The notes: generated from the sequence alone by a model not told the origin. Counted from the first letter of the stretch, positions 38,523-49,775 are shown. The stretch is DNA of 64,000 bases from Candidatus Veblenbacteria bacterium (GCA_037439965.1 JBBIVB010000001.1:31895-95894), one strand, 5' to 3'. Translations and numbers: made by a program.

Positions 38523-38990
38523 TTACTTAACTGCTACAATTTTATATCTAACTATACCCTTTGGCACCTGCACCTCTATATTCTCCCCTACTTTATGACC
38601 AATAAACGCTTGGCCTAAAGGCGATTCATTAGAAATACTACCATTAGCAGGATTAGCTTCACTAGAACCAACAATAGTAAAGGTTTGTTGTTTTTTCTTA
38701 TCTTCCTCAAATACTGTAACTTGAGAGCCAATTTTAATATAACCGTCGGTCTTTGAATTATCAATCAGTTCCGCATTTTTCAAAATATTCTCAATTTCTA
38801 TAATACGTCCTTCATTAAATGCCTGAACGTTTTTAGCCTCAGCATACTCCGCATTCTCAGATAAATCCCCTAGCTCTTTAGCATCTTGAATACGGGCAGC
38901 AATATCTTTACGAGCTTGCTTTAATCGGGCCAATTCCTGTTTAAGCTTAGCCAATCCTTCAGCTGTAATATATGTTTGATCTTGTGACAT
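38523..38990 (-). CDS. greA: Transcription elongation factor GreA
   Basis: GDLSENAEY, ISNESPLG; probable start at MSQDQ. Confidence 0.96.
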   Translation of the reverse strand: MSQDQTYITAEGLAKLKQELARLKQARKDIAARIQDAKELGDLSENAEYAEAKNVQAFNEGRIIEIENILKNAELIDNSKTDGYIKIGSQVTVFEEDKKKQQTFTIVGSSEANPANGSISNESPLGQAFIGHKVGENIEVQVPKGIVRYKIVAVK

Positions 38991-39045
38991 AAAATCCTCT
39001 AACAAATTTAATAAAAGCTCCCGGCATTAGGGTGGTATAGATAAA

Positions 39046-39074
39046 AGGCTACTACCTCTTAGTAAAAATGTCAA
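39046..39074 (-). promoter_or_regulatory. sigma70 promoter of greA
   Basis: Minus strand TTGACA, 17-bp spacer, TAGCCT. Confidence 0.6.
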
Positions 39075-39187
39075 GGGGATATGTGGGGTTAAACGCGGGA
39101 ATTAAATAGAATCATAGCATCATCCCTCATCCCCTACCCGCCGTAATTCCGATAAAACGGGATAAGGGGGGTTAAGAGAATTTTGGT

Positions 39188-41098
39188 TTATAGTCGATTT
39201 TGGGCATACCAGGAAAAGATTTCCCTAGCTATGGGTACTGCTACTGTGCTACTATCTCCACCGTCTTCTATTAAAACCACTACTACTATAGATGGATCAT
39301 TATATGGTGCAAAACCAACAAACCAAGAATGTGGTGGCTTGCCAGCAGAAGTTTGGGCAGTACCTGTTTTACCGCCAACTTGAATAGGTAAATCACCCAG
39401 CAACCTAGCACTACCCGAAGTAATTGTTTGCCGCATCGCTTTAACTACTATACTGAGATTTTCCTCACTAATAGGAACGGTTTTAATAATTTCTGGTTCA
39501 ATTAAATTTGTTTGCTCACCTTCTACCAGCGCTTTAACTAAATGCGGTTTGAATAATAAACCACCATTAACTAAAGCACTATAAGCCACGCCAAGTTGTA
39601 AAGGGGTGGTTAAAAAATTACCTTGGCCAATGGATAAGTTATAAGTATCGCCCAAATACCACCGCTCGCCAATAATTTTTTCTTTCCAAGCTTCATCTGG
39701 CACTAAACCAGAGGCTTCACCTGCTAAATCAACACCGGTTTTGCTACCAAAATTAAAAGATTTTAAATATTTGGCAATTTTAGTTACTCCCAAACCTGAT
39801 TTATCTTCATAACCGCCACCTATTATATAAAAAAAGGTATTAACGGATTCAGCAATAGCTTTAAAAAGATCAGTTACCCCGTGACCGCCAGCCTTCCAAT
39901 CAGCAAAAAACCTATTTCCCGCCCAAATGCCGCCCGTGGATACAACTGTAGTTTTAGTAGTAATAATACCTTCGTTTAAAGCAGCGGCTGCTAACACTGG
40001 CTTAATAGTAGAACCCGAAGGATATTCTCCGCTAATTGCCCTATTAAATAACGGCTTATTTTGATCTGTTAACAACTTTACTGATTCTTTGGAATGACCT
40101 GGCGAAAAAACTTGGGGATCAAACAAAGGTGCTGAAACTAAAGATAATATTTCTCCGGTTTTAGGATTTAACACTAAAGCCGCTCCTTTACTTTTGCCAT
40201 AATTTTTTATTTGTCTAACTAAACTTTGAGCGACTTTTATTTGTAAATCGCTATCAATAGTTAAAATTAATCTTTTGCCTTCTTGTGGGTCGATTTGAGC
40301 AAAAACTTTTCTAGACTTACCTAAATTATCTACTTCTATCTCACGTTTACCTGGCTTACCTCTTAATTCATCTTCATACCAAGCTTCAATACCTAATCTA
40401 CCTATATAATCAGTTAACAAATAATCTTTGGTGGTTTGCTTATATTCTGCCAAAGTTAAAGGACTCATATAGCCTAAGATGTGCCCGGCATAAGTGCCTA
40501 ATAAATAATTACGACGGGTAGAAATGGTTATATTTACTCCTGGCCACTTAGCTTGTCTGCTAATTAACTGTAAAGCTAAATCGTGAGAAATATTTTCCTC
40601 TAAAACCAAAGGTTGATACGAACGCCAATCTATATCATTTAGCAAAGACTGATTGGTTAAAGTAGGTAAAAAACTTTTAAGCTGTTCCCATTGCTGCAAT
40701 CTAGCTGATTCAGTTTTTGGCCAATCAGCTGGAGTCATAGTTACAATATATTGAGGAACGTTTTCTACCAACTCTTTGCCATTACGGTCGGTAATTATTC
40801 CCCTCTGTGCCGGCAAGGTTTCTAATCTTATTCTATTACCTTCAGCAATAAAACGATATTCTTCGCCTTTTATCACCTGCAGCCATAAAACTCTAAAGTA
40901 TAATAAAGAATAAACTACTATTACTACCCACAAAAAAACTGCTGTTACTCGTAGTTCAATAACTCGCCGTAAACTACCCAACTCTTTTGAGGGAATACCA
41001 GTGCCCTCATATAATCTATCAGAAAAACCAGGCAAAGCACGATCGTTAATTTCGCCGCCTTTTACTTGAATAGTAAAAGGATTTTTATCTCGTAACAT
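39188..41098 (-). CDS. mrdA: Penicillin-binding protein 2
   Basis: RGIITDRNG, YPSGSTIK (SxxK), SVN (SxN), KTGTAQ; in the mreBCD operon. Confidence 0.95.
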   Translation of the reverse strand: MLRDKNPFTIQVKGGEINDRALPGFSDRLYEGTGIPSKELGSLRRVIELRVTAVFLWVVIVVYSLLYFRVLWLQVIKGEEYRFIAEGNRIRLETLPAQRGIITDRNGKELVENVPQYIVTMTPADWPKTESARLQQWEQLKSFLPTLTNQSLLNDIDWRSYQPLVLEENISHDLALQLISRQAKWPGVNITISTRRNYLLGTYAGHILGYMSPLTLAEYKQTTKDYLLTDYIGRLGIEAWYEDELRGKPGKREIEVDNLGKSRKVFAQIDPQEGKRLILTIDSDLQIKVAQSLVRQIKNYGKSKGAALVLNPKTGEILSLVSAPLFDPQVFSPGHSKESVKLLTDQNKPLFNRAISGEYPSGSTIKPVLAAAALNEGIITTKTTVVSTGGIWAGNRFFADWKAGGHGVTDLFKAIAESVNTFFYIIGGGYEDKSGLGVTKIAKYLKSFNFGSKTGVDLAGEASGLVPDEAWKEKIIGERWYLGDTYNLSIGQGNFLTTPLQLGVAYSALVNGGLLFKPHLVKALVEGEQTNLIEPEIIKTVPISEENLSIVVKAMRQTITSGSARLLGDLPIQVGGKTGTAQTSAGKPPHSWFVGFAPYNDPSIVVVVLIEDGGDSSTVAVPIAREIFSWYAQNRL

Positions 41099-41594
41099 TG
41101 TTAAGATAAAAAAATTTATTAATTAACCAATAACTTGGAGCAAAAACCGTCAAAGTAATTAAATAAGTTAAGATAAAATTTAATAAATAATCTAATAAAT
41201 ATAACCAATGCGGATACATAACCTGATCACCCAGATAATATGGCAGCCAAGCTAAACACCAATGAATTAAAAAATAACCAATTAACCAAAAACTTAAACC
41301 AAATATCTTAGCGCCAAAGGTTAAAAGTGTTAAACGCTTAATCACTACTTTTGACCAAATAAAATGAACTAATAATAAAGTTAATAAATTAATAGGTAAA
41401 GATAAAGAATAAATTAAATCCATCACTACTGCCTGTAAATAAATAACGACTAAACCGACAGGTTTGTTGTATAAAAAATAAACTACCACCCCTAAAGCTA
41501 AAAACAAAGCTAGGTTATACGACACCAAACTATTGATAAAACCTTGTAAAGCTAAGCTAAAAACTACTAGTAATAAGGCAAAAATAATTTTCAT
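41085..41594 (-). CDS. mreD: MreD-like membrane protein
   Basis: About five TM helices, located between mreC and mrdA (synteny-based call). Confidence 0.65.
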   Translation of the reverse strand: MKIIFALLLVVFSLALQGFINSLVSYNLALFLALGVVVYFLYNKPVGLVVIYLQAVVMDLIYSLSLPINLLTLLLVHFIWSKVVIKRLTLLTFGAKIFGLSFWLIGYFLIHWCLAWLPYYLGDQVMYPHWLYLLDYLLNFILTYLITLTVFAPSYWLINKFFYLNNVTR

Positions 41595-42350
41595 TTACTT
41601 TATCACTACTTGTAAAATTCCTAACTTATTTAAATCAAGAGGAGAAACTACTACTGCTTCCTGAAATAAATCCCCTTCATGATACTCCACCGCCGCAATA
41701 CTGCCCAAAACTATTCCGCGGGGTATTAATTCATCTAAACCGCTAGTTATTACTAACTGGCCAGTTTTAACCTCTTCATTACTTGGTAATAATTTAATTT
41801 TAGTAGCTAAATTAAATTCGCCTTCTGCTAGACCACGAGTAGTTTGATTATTTAAAATTTCTACCGTAGTAGAAAATAATGGGGAGTTAACCAAAATCAT
41901 CTCGGCTACCTGAGGCTGAACTTTAACCACTACTCCAACCAACGTGCCGCCTGATAATACAGGGTAACCTAATTTAATATTACTAGTGCTACCCCTGTTT
42001 AATAAAAATGAAATACCTGTTTCGTCTTGCCTTTTACCAATGATTTCTACTCCCACTGTGGTAAATTCCTGACGAGGTAATAAAGATAATTCGCGCCGCA
42101 GTTGTTCATTTTCTAATCTTAATCTTTTTAATTCTGCCTGGCTTACTACTTCTATATTAGCCGCTTCACTATCCCCCACTCCAGTTTGTTTTAAATCCAA
42201 ACCTGTTTGATAGCCATAATAAACAGGAACAGAAGTATAAAAACTTAAACTACTTAAAATATTCTGCCACCAACTAGTGCGCCAGATAATTAGCCCTGCG
42301 ATAATTGCTAGAAAAATGGCAAGGGGGATTATATATTTGCGAAACCACAT
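41595..42350 (-). CDS. mreC: Rod shape-determining protein MreC
   Basis: ENEQLRREL, LNRGS, LVGVV, VITSGLDELIPRGI. Confidence 0.92.
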   Translation of the reverse strand: MWFRKYIIPLAIFLAIIAGLIIWRTSWWQNILSSLSFYTSVPVYYGYQTGLDLKQTGVGDSEAANIEVVSQAELKRLRLENEQLRRELSLLPRQEFTTVGVEIIGKRQDETGISFLLNRGSTSNIKLGYPVLSGGTLVGVVVKVQPQVAEMILVNSPLFSTTVEILNNQTTRGLAEGEFNLATKIKLLPSNEEVKTGQLVITSGLDELIPRGIVLGSIAAVEYHEGDLFQEAVVVSPLDLNKLGILQVVIK

Positions 42351-42357
42351 AAAACTA

Positions 42358-43410
42358 TTACCTTATCTCGGTTGATTCCCGCGGCGGCAATAATAAATCT
42401 TTGGTGTGTTCCAAATCTTCTAAAATTATCCCTGCACCCCTGACTACACAAGTTAAAGGATCATCAGTTACTTGCACTGGAATAAACAATTCCGCTGATA
42501 TCAACTTATCTAAGCCTTTTAGCAACGAACCGCCGCCCACCATAATAATTCCACGCTGGTATATATCGGCTGCTAATTCTGGAGGGGTTTGCTCAATAGT
42601 AGACCTAATATTTTCAATAATTAACTTAATAATCTTAAGTAAAGCTTCTCTGATTTCTGTTTCACTTACCATAACCTCTCGCGGTAAACCAGTAATTAAA
42701 TGACGTCCGCGGACATTTATATTTAAAGGTTTGCTTTGTGGTATAGCTGAACCAATTTTTATTTTAACTTCCTCAGCAGTCTTTTCACCAACCAATAAAT
42801 TAAAATTTTCTCGTAAATAATGAATGATGCTATCGGTTAACTCATCACCAGCGACGCGTAAAGATTGCGAAGTAACCACTCCGCCTAAGGAAATTACCGC
42901 AATTTCTGTAGTACCACCGCCAATATCAACCAACATATTACCACTAGGGTCCCTAACAGGTAATCTAGCACCCAAAGCTGCAGCCATTGGCTCCTCTACC
43001 AATAAAACTTCCCTGGCGCCAGCTGATAACGCCGCGTCTTCTACTGCTTTACGTTCTACTTCAGTTACATCTAATGGAATACCAATAACTACTCTTGGCC
43101 TAGCTGCTAATCTAAAACCTTCTTTGTGCACGCGGTCAATAAAATATTTAAGCATTTTTTCTGTTACTTCAAAATCAGAAATAACACCATCTACTAGGGG
43201 TCTGGTAGCAATAATATGCGGCGGGGTTTTACCTAACATTTTTCTAGCTTCTTCTCCTACAGCTAAAATTTGATCCGAACGAGTATTCACCGCCACGATT
43301 GATGGCTCATTAATAATAATTCCCCTATCCTTCACATAAACCAGCGTATTAGCCGTGCCTAAATCTATAGCCATATCACGACTAAAGGCGGCAAATAACT
43401 TCTTTAGCAT
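42358..43410 (-). CDS. mreB: Rod shape-determining protein MreB
   Basis: IDLGTANTLV, EEPMAAA, DIGGGTTE, GGGSLL. Confidence 0.97.
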   Translation of the reverse strand: MLKKLFAAFSRDMAIDLGTANTLVYVKDRGIIINEPSIVAVNTRSDQILAVGEEARKMLGKTPPHIIATRPLVDGVISDFEVTEKMLKYFIDRVHKEGFRLAARPRVVIGIPLDVTEVERKAVEDAALSAGAREVLLVEEPMAAALGARLPVRDPSGNMLVDIGGGTTEIAVISLGGVVTSQSLRVAGDELTDSIIHYLRENFNLLVGEKTAEEVKIKIGSAIPQSKPLNINVRGRHLITGLPREVMVSETEIREALLKIIKLIIENIRSTIEQTPPELAADIYQRGIIMVGGGSLLKGLDKLISAELFIPVQVTDDPLTCVVRGAGIILEDLEHTKDLLLPPRESTEIR

Positions 43411-43443
43411 ACGCCTAAAGTTTAACTCTTTTTAATTTTTTGT

Positions 43444-44697
43444 CTAGACCTTGCGCTGAATAATAATTTTATTCAGCAACTCTTTAAGAGTAACGATTTT
43501 AATTTCATCGGTAGCGCGATTCTTTAATTCCACTTTATCTTTGGTTTTTTCACTCACCACTGCACGTAAAGGCAAACCAATTAGATCAGCATCATTAAAT
43601 TTTAAACCAGCCGATTCATCACGGTCGTCATACAATACCTCTATGCCTTGCTTTAATAAAGATTGATATAATTTATCAGCCGCGGTTTTAATTTTTTTAT
43701 CCTGACCTAAAACCAACAAGTGTACTAAATATGGCGCCACACTAGCAGGCCAAATAATTCCTTTATCATCATGGTTTACTTCTACAATAGTTCCCATTAC
43801 TCGCCCCGGACCAATACCATATGACGCCATCACTACTGGATGTTTTTTTCCAGACTCATCAGTATAAAATAAACTTAAAGCTTCGGAAAATTTAGTTCCC
43901 AGTTTGAAAATATTTCCTACTTCCACACTTTTACCATAATGCAAAATTCCTTTATGACAAATTGAGCAGGTTTTGTCTTCTTGACCTTTGGCTAATTCGG
44001 CATTTTGGGCAAAATTACAGTTATCACAATAAATTATAGCGTCCTCACCGGCTTCAGTTAAAACCTGAAATTCGTGGCTATATTTCTTGGTAAAAGCACC
44101 ACCCGAAGCCTCCACAACCAAAGCTTTTAAACCACATCTAGCAAATATTTTAAGATAAGCAACCTTAACTACTTCATAATATTTATCTAAATCATCTTCA
44201 GAGGCGTGAAAACTATATAAATCTTTCATTACAAACTCGCGTGTTCTAATAATACCTGATTTAGCCCGCGGCTCGTTTCTGAATTTTGTTTGCAATTGAT
44301 AAACGTACTTGGGTAAATCACGATATGAGGAAATAAAACGCTTGGCTATCCGAGTTATTGGCTCCTCGTGTGTCCACGCTAAACCAACAGCAGTACCCGT
44401 CTTCTCATTAAACTTATACATTATTTCCTCTGGTGTTACCCAACGATTAGTTGCTTCCCAAAGCTCCCTCGGCTGCAGCGAAGTCATTTCCATTTCTTGT
44501 CCGCCAATAGCATCCATTTCTTCCCGAATAATCTGCTCAATCTTTTTAAAAACGCGCCAACCCAAAGGAAGATAACTATAGGCACCCGCCATTTGTTTAT
44601 CAACAAACCCGGCTTTAATTAAAAGTTGCGCATTAATCGCCTGTTCATCAGCTGGTACGGTTTTAGAAGTTTTAGTAAATAATTCAGATTGTCGCAT
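43444..44697 (-). CDS. proS: Proline--tRNA ligase, short form without the editing insertion
   Basis: MRQSELF, THEE, KFRNEPR, REFVMKDLYSF, EVGNIFKLG, YGIG. Confidence 0.96.
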   Translation of the reverse strand: MRQSELFTKTSKTVPADEQAINAQLLIKAGFVDKQMAGAYSYLPLGWRVFKKIEQIIREEMDAIGGQEMEMTSLQPRELWEATNRWVTPEEIMYKFNEKTGTAVGLAWTHEEPITRIAKRFISSYRDLPKYVYQLQTKFRNEPRAKSGIIRTREFVMKDLYSFHASEDDLDKYYEVVKVAYLKIFARCGLKALVVEASGGAFTKKYSHEFQVLTEAGEDAIIYCDNCNFAQNAELAKGQEDKTCSICHKGILHYGKSVEVGNIFKLGTKFSEALSLFYTDESGKKHPVVMASYGIGPGRVMGTIVEVNHDDKGIIWPASVAPYLVHLLVLGQDKKIKTAADKLYQSLLKQGIEVLYDDRDESAGLKFNDADLIGLPLRAVVSEKTKDKVELKNRATDEIKIVTLKELLNKIIIQRKV

Positions 44698-44720
44698 AAC
44701 TAAAGGATAACAAATTTTAA

Positions 44721-45206
44721 TTAAGAAACAAGAACCTGACGCTGTCCTTTATATTCGCTATAAATTAAATAAACGATAACTATATCAATCATGGTAAAAA
44801 TGGCTAGCCATACGGAATGTGTATGATAATCTCTAAAAAGCTGATAAATAATAAACAAAGTCATTACAGTACAAGCCATAGGATACGACCATTTTTTATT
44901 TCTCCGTAAGCCACTTACTAAAACTACTTTCACTAAACTATAACTAATCAAATATAAAGCAATAAATATTTTAGTATCAATAGATAGATGATTAGCAAAA
45001 TCAACTAGAGCATTAGCAATTATATCATCAGGATCTTCAATTAATTCATATCTAGTAAAAAAATTAAATACTTTAATTATGCTGCCGGTACTAATAAATA
45101 GAACGACTAAACCACCCAAGAATCCTAAAATACCATCAATGCCTTTAATTAATAAACCCACGCGAAATAATTTGTGTTTGTCTAATATAATTTTTAAATC
45201 TACCAT
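44721..45206 (-). CDS. DUF2127-like membrane protein
   Basis: IKGIDG, ELIEDPDD, KKWSYP, FIIYQ. Confidence 0.7.
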   Translation of the reverse strand: MVDLKIILDKHKLFRVGLLIKGIDGILGFLGGLVVLFISTGSIIKVFNFFTRYELIEDPDDIIANALVDFANHLSIDTKIFIALYLISYSLVKVVLVSGLRRNKKWSYPMACTVMTLFIIYQLFRDYHTHSVWLAIFTMIDIVIVYLIYSEYKGQRQVLVS

Positions 45207-45209
45207 AGT

Positions 45210-46058
45210 TTATAAAGTTGTAATTGGTCTAAATTGAGTAATATAAAATTTACCAGCACTATAAGCCCATTCAATATCTTGCGGAGATTTATAGTGTTTT
45301 TCTATACTAAGGCATATTTTAGCTAACTCCAGAATTTGCTTACCAGTTAACTTTTGCTTACCAATTTTATCTTTAATAATATTTTTCCAAACATTACCTC
45401 CCTGTACCATGCCTTCTAAATAACGCGATAAGCCATAGCACGCCTTTATAATCATTTGATTTTTATCTTTAGTAACTGGGTAATAGTAAAAGCAATACCA
45501 GCGATTTCTGACTGCATCATAGCCTGCACTACCACGGCCACGGAAACTTTAGCTTTATGTAATTTTTTCTCATGAAGATAGAAAATAGCGCGCGGCGTAA
45601 ATAATGAGGACCAACAATCCTTTACTCTTTTAAGCAAAGTTTTTAATTGGTGTTTAAATAGGTTTCTAACTCCCCTACCCATGAGGCTTGTGAGTAATCC
45701 TCTGCTGTAACACTAGAGCGAACAGCAATCAATTTTACTTTGAGTTTTTTAAATTCTGTTAAAATTATTTTTTGTAAATCTTTTGGCATTTTAGCTTTAT
45801 TTATCATATCCCGAATAACTCGTGAAACTCGTTCTATTGTACTTACTTCATCATATTTTACATTTTTTAGTTAAGCCTCAATATCTACTTCCAAATCAGT
45901 TTCGTGAAAAATCTGTTAAAAGCCGATGTCAATATTACAAACCCCGGCGGCACGGGAATACCAGCTTGAGTCATCTCTCCTAAACTCGCCCGTTTACCAC
46001 CAGCTAAATGAACATCTTTTTTGGAAATTTTAGTAAAAGCTAAAATATGTGTTTCCAT
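45210..46058 (-). pseudogene. PEP/pyruvate-binding (PpsA N-terminal) domain gene, multiply frameshifted
   Basis: AGGKRASLGEMTQAGIPVPPGF, VRSSVTAED, CWSSLFTPRAIFY, PQDIEWA, RPITTL spread over several frames. Confidence 0.85.
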
Positions 46059-46511
46059 ACATCAAAAGTTTACCAAAGCCTCTTACTCTTGACAAATTTA
46101 CTAAAATTAACGGTTAAAGTGAAAAAATCGTAAATTATAATTAAAATCAATCAAAAAAGCCAATAAAATGTCAAGGAGTTAAAAGTGAAGACTTTAATAT
46201 ACTGGAAACACTTGTAAAAACCTGGCTAACGCTCTGTACAATTATGAGTTCATTAGGTATTATCGCAATCGTTTATGAGATCATCGCGGAAATCGACGAC
46301 AACCAGCTATTCTAAAATTGAAAAAATGTTCGCACTAATGAAAGATGGAGAAACCGGCCTCGTTGTTGGCCACTCTACTTTTGGACCATAAAGACACATC
46401 ACATCTTTACTATTAGTACCTTTGAACAAAGACATCATAAAAGCATCAAAAAGCCGTTCTAACCAAGGTTCCCAATAATAACTCAGACTTTCTTTTTTAT
46501 TTGATTTTTAT

Positions 46512-47985
46512 TCATATCTTCTTAATTATACCTTTATTGGCGTCAACTTCTACCATATCTCTATCTTTTAATACCTCTAAGATACTTTTGATTCCAACAA
46601 TACAAGGCGTCCGCAACTCTCGTGCCACGATGGCAGTGTGACAAATTACCCCTCTATCTTCTGTTACATACAATAGCCGCCGCATTTTTCATGGCTGGTA
46701 CTAGTGCAGGAAAGGTAGTATGAGAAACCATAATATCTCCCTGTTTCATTTTAGGAATATCTCTTCGGGCATATTAATAATCCTAACTAGACCTTTAGCT
46801 AATCCTGGGCAAGCACAGGTACCACTTAAATTACTAATTTTAATCTTTAGCTCCCGCTCAAATTTTTGTTTACCTATAAATTTTTTAGCCTCCTTACTAA
46901 CCAATACCCTTTGTTTACCATTACTAAAATATACCACACTAAATTTCATCCGTTCGTTAGCTAACCGGGAAAAATCTTTCCCTTTAAGAACTAACGGCAA
47001 TTCTTTAGGTAATAAATATTTTGTTTACAATAATGACAATCCAGCACGTCTGCTAATTTCCGCTAAAATAAAATCTAACACAAAACAACCGTGAAAATAG
47101 CAATCTTTACGAAAACCTTTAATCCATATGATATCAGCCATTATATCAAACAGATGCTTTTCCTTATTTGATAATTTAAGTTCTTTGATGATTTTTCTGC
47201 GGACACGAGCAACTTTATTCATTTTGATACGCATTTTCTTTAATTCGGCATCCGGATTAACATCCTCATGCAATAAGCCACGCCAAACCTCTAGATAATA
47301 ATCAAAAGTATAAGCCGGACCCAAATAAGTGTAAGGCACCCAACACCACTTTTGATAATGGTTGTATAACCGTTTTTTTATGCTAACCGATAACGAGGGA
47401 AATTGTTTTAATAATTCAGAAGTTGTATTACTAATAAACCAATATTTAACTTTTTTATTTTTTCTTAATACTCTTAAAATTCTAAATGATTCGATTTCTT
47501 CCTACTGTACTAATGACTGTCGCTCGGGTGTGATGAGTAAACTAAAAGTAGACGCTAAATCAATATTATCAGTTGGCGTTATTTTTTTCTCTAATAATTT
47601 CATTTGGCTTAAATATTGATGACGAAATAGCTGATTATGCCATGCTAAAAGTTTTTTATTAGATAAGTTTCAGTTTTTACTTACGATTTTTTTTGACAAA
47701 GGCAAAATATTTTTTATTTAAATCAATTGCATCGTGATGAATTTTATCTATCTTGTTTGGATTATTTATTACCACGTATAAAGTATTTTAATAATTGACC
47801 TTAATTCATCTTTGATAAAATAAGAGCCAGTATTATCCAAATTCTCTATAATCCACAAACAACTTTTTAATACCTTTTTGACTATAAATTTTATCTTGCA
47901 AGTCATAAATACCATGCTGTGATTCAGATATGATATTTAAACCTACCCGCTTAATTTCAAAATTTTTCCGCCAAATTAATTTCAT
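46512..47985 (-). pseudogene. PEP-utilizing enzyme (mobile phosphohistidine domain) gene, multiply frameshifted
   Basis: GTCACPGLAKG, GDIMV, CHTAIVARELRTPCIVG, VEVDANKG across broken frames. Confidence 0.8.
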
Positions 47986-48027
47986 AACTTTTTAGTTGGT
48001 TTAATACACCAAACCAACCTTTATATC

Positions 48028-49140
48028 TTAAAACCTCCATAACTTACTAACCGCCCCCAAAATGGAATTGCCAAATTTAAGTAAATCTTGATAAGTAATT
48101 AAAACTATCAGCAGTATTAAAAACACAAAGCCAATTTGATGCACCATAGCCTCTATTTTTTCATTATTAGGTTTACGTCTAATTTTCTCAATAATTACAA
48201 ATAATAATCGCCCACCATCTAAAGCTGGAAAAGGCAGAATATTAATAATGGCTAAATTTACTGATAGCAGTGCGGCGAACTGTAAAACATAAATCCAACC
48301 TAAATCAACTACTTGCCCGGTTAATACCGCGATACCCACCGGACCCACTACCTCAACTCCAGCTTGATGAGTAACTATTAAATTTCTAATTATCATTACA
48401 AAACCATTGACTATTTCATAAAGCAATATGCCAGTAGATTTAACCCCCATCCATAAAGATTGATACCAAGGATAAGAAATAATACCTGTTTCCACCAAAG
48501 AAACACCCATTACTGCACTATTACCAGACTGCTCCAAAATTTTAGGCGTTACTGTTACTTTTACAGTTTCGTTTCCCCGCGATAACTTTACCTCCATAGG
48601 AATATCTTTATGCCCTGCAATAAAATCCTGCATTACCTGTAAACTCATAAAATCATAGTCATTTATAGTAACCACGACATCGCCTGGTTTAATACCAGCC
48701 TCATGTGCCGGTGAATTAGGCAAAACGCTAAAAATCTGAATCTTCACATCTCTGGCATCTTTAATATTAGTTTCGTCTACTATAGTCGGTAAACCAGAAA
48801 CAAAACCAATAGACAATAAAATAAAGCACAAAACAACATTCATCACTACACCGGCTAATAAAATTATAGAGCGCTGCCAAGGTTTTTTAGCGGCAAAACT
48901 ATCGGGGTCGCGATTCTCACCAGATTCACCTTTTAACTTAACAAACCCGCCTAAAGGTAACCAATTTAAAGAATAACGCGTGCCGCTTTTCCTTAGCGTG
49001 CTTAGCAAGCGGGGTGGAAAACCAAAACCAAATTCCTCCACCTTAACGCCTAAAATTTTAGCCGAGACAAAATGACCAAGTTCGTGAGCTAACACTAACA
49101 AGGCAAGGATAGCAACAAAAACGATGATGGTAGTAAGCAT
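48028..49140 (-). CDS. rseP: Site-2 protease RseP (M50 with PDZ)
   Basis: AHELGH, LPLGGFV, AGVVMN, NILPFPALDGG. Confidence 0.95.
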   Translation of the reverse strand: MLTTIIVFVAILALLVLAHELGHFVSAKILGVKVEEFGFGFPPRLLSTLRKSGTRYSLNWLPLGGFVKLKGESGENRDPDSFAAKKPWQRSIILLAGVVMNVVLCFILLSIGFVSGLPTIVDETNIKDARDVKIQIFSVLPNSPAHEAGIKPGDVVVTINDYDFMSLQVMQDFIAGHKDIPMEVKLSRGNETVKVTVTPKILEQSGNSAVMGVSLVETGIISYPWYQSLWMGVKSTGILLYEIVNGFVMIIRNLIVTHQAGVEVVGPVGIAVLTGQVVDLGWIYVLQFAALLSVNLAIINILPFPALDGGRLLFVIIEKIRRKPNNEKIEAMVHQIGFVFLILLIVLITYQDLLKFGNSILGAVSKLWRF

Positions 49141-49142
49141 AG

Positions 49143-49206
49143 TTTCTGGATCCTAGTTTATAGTTCATAGTTCTTTTTTACTAGGAACTAATGGCTAGGA
49201 ACTAAT
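49143..49206. repeat. Inverted pair of short heptamer arrays
   Basis: ATCCTAG TTTATAG TTCATAG TTC facing CTAGGAA CTAATGG CTAGGAA CTA. Confidence 0.55.
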
Positions 49207-49209
49207 AAA

Positions 49210-49764
49210 TTAAATGGTCATAATTTCTTTTTCTTTCGTCTCCCCTAATTTCTTAATCTGTTCGTTAAAATTATCTACTATTTTCTGCAATTCTTTTTGT
49301 GCACTAAATAACTGGTCTTCGGAGATTTCGCCGTCCTTTTCCTGATTTTTTAAATTTTTATTTATATCTTCCCTAATGTTTCTAATCTGCACTCTAGCTT
49401 TTTCCAAAATACCGTTCATTAATTTAATCAATTCTTTTCTGCGCTCTTCGGTTAATTGGGGTAAATTGACCCTGATTACCTGACCATCTACTTGAGGTGA
49501 TAAATCAAGCGAAGAGGTGGTGATGGCATTGGCTATATCTTTAATAATATTTTTATCCCAGGGTTGAATTAAAATCTGCCTAATTTCCGGGGTGGTAATA
49601 GAAGCCAATTCAATTAACTTAGTTTTAGTATCGTAAGCTTCTACTAAAATATTTTCCACTAAGCTAGGGCTAGCTCGACCGGTACGTAAAGCACCTAATT
49701 CTATCTTTAAATGCTCAATAGTCTTATTAAAACGTTCTTGATCAATACTAGGTATTTGACTCAT
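49210..49764 (-). CDS. frr: Ribosome recycling factor
   Basis: LRTGRASP, IQPWD, PQLTEERRKEL, IRNIR. Confidence 0.97.
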   Translation of the reverse strand: MSQIPSIDQERFNKTIEHLKIELGALRTGRASPSLVENILVEAYDTKTKLIELASITTPEIRQILIQPWDKNIIKDIANAITTSSLDLSPQVDGQVIRVNLPQLTEERRKELIKLMNGILEKARVQIRNIREDINKNLKNQEKDGEISEDQLFSAQKELQKIVDNFNEQIKKLGETKEKEIMTI

Positions 49765-49775
49765 AAATTTTAAAA

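Noticed and set aside
42401-43273. Plus-strand ORFs of 100 and 149 aa opposite mreB
   Set aside because: Antisense shadows of a conserved gene; the same applies to the shadows over the GT genes, murJ, serS, proS and mrdA
45210-45682. ORFs of 81 and 76 aa as independent genes (also 46746-47339)
   Set aside because: They are frame fragments of the PEP-synthase-like pseudogenes
46089-46320. Plus-strand TTGACA and AAGGAG with a short hydrophobic reading frame
   Set aside because: The start codon and hydrophobic stretch are in different frames; too degraded to support a gene
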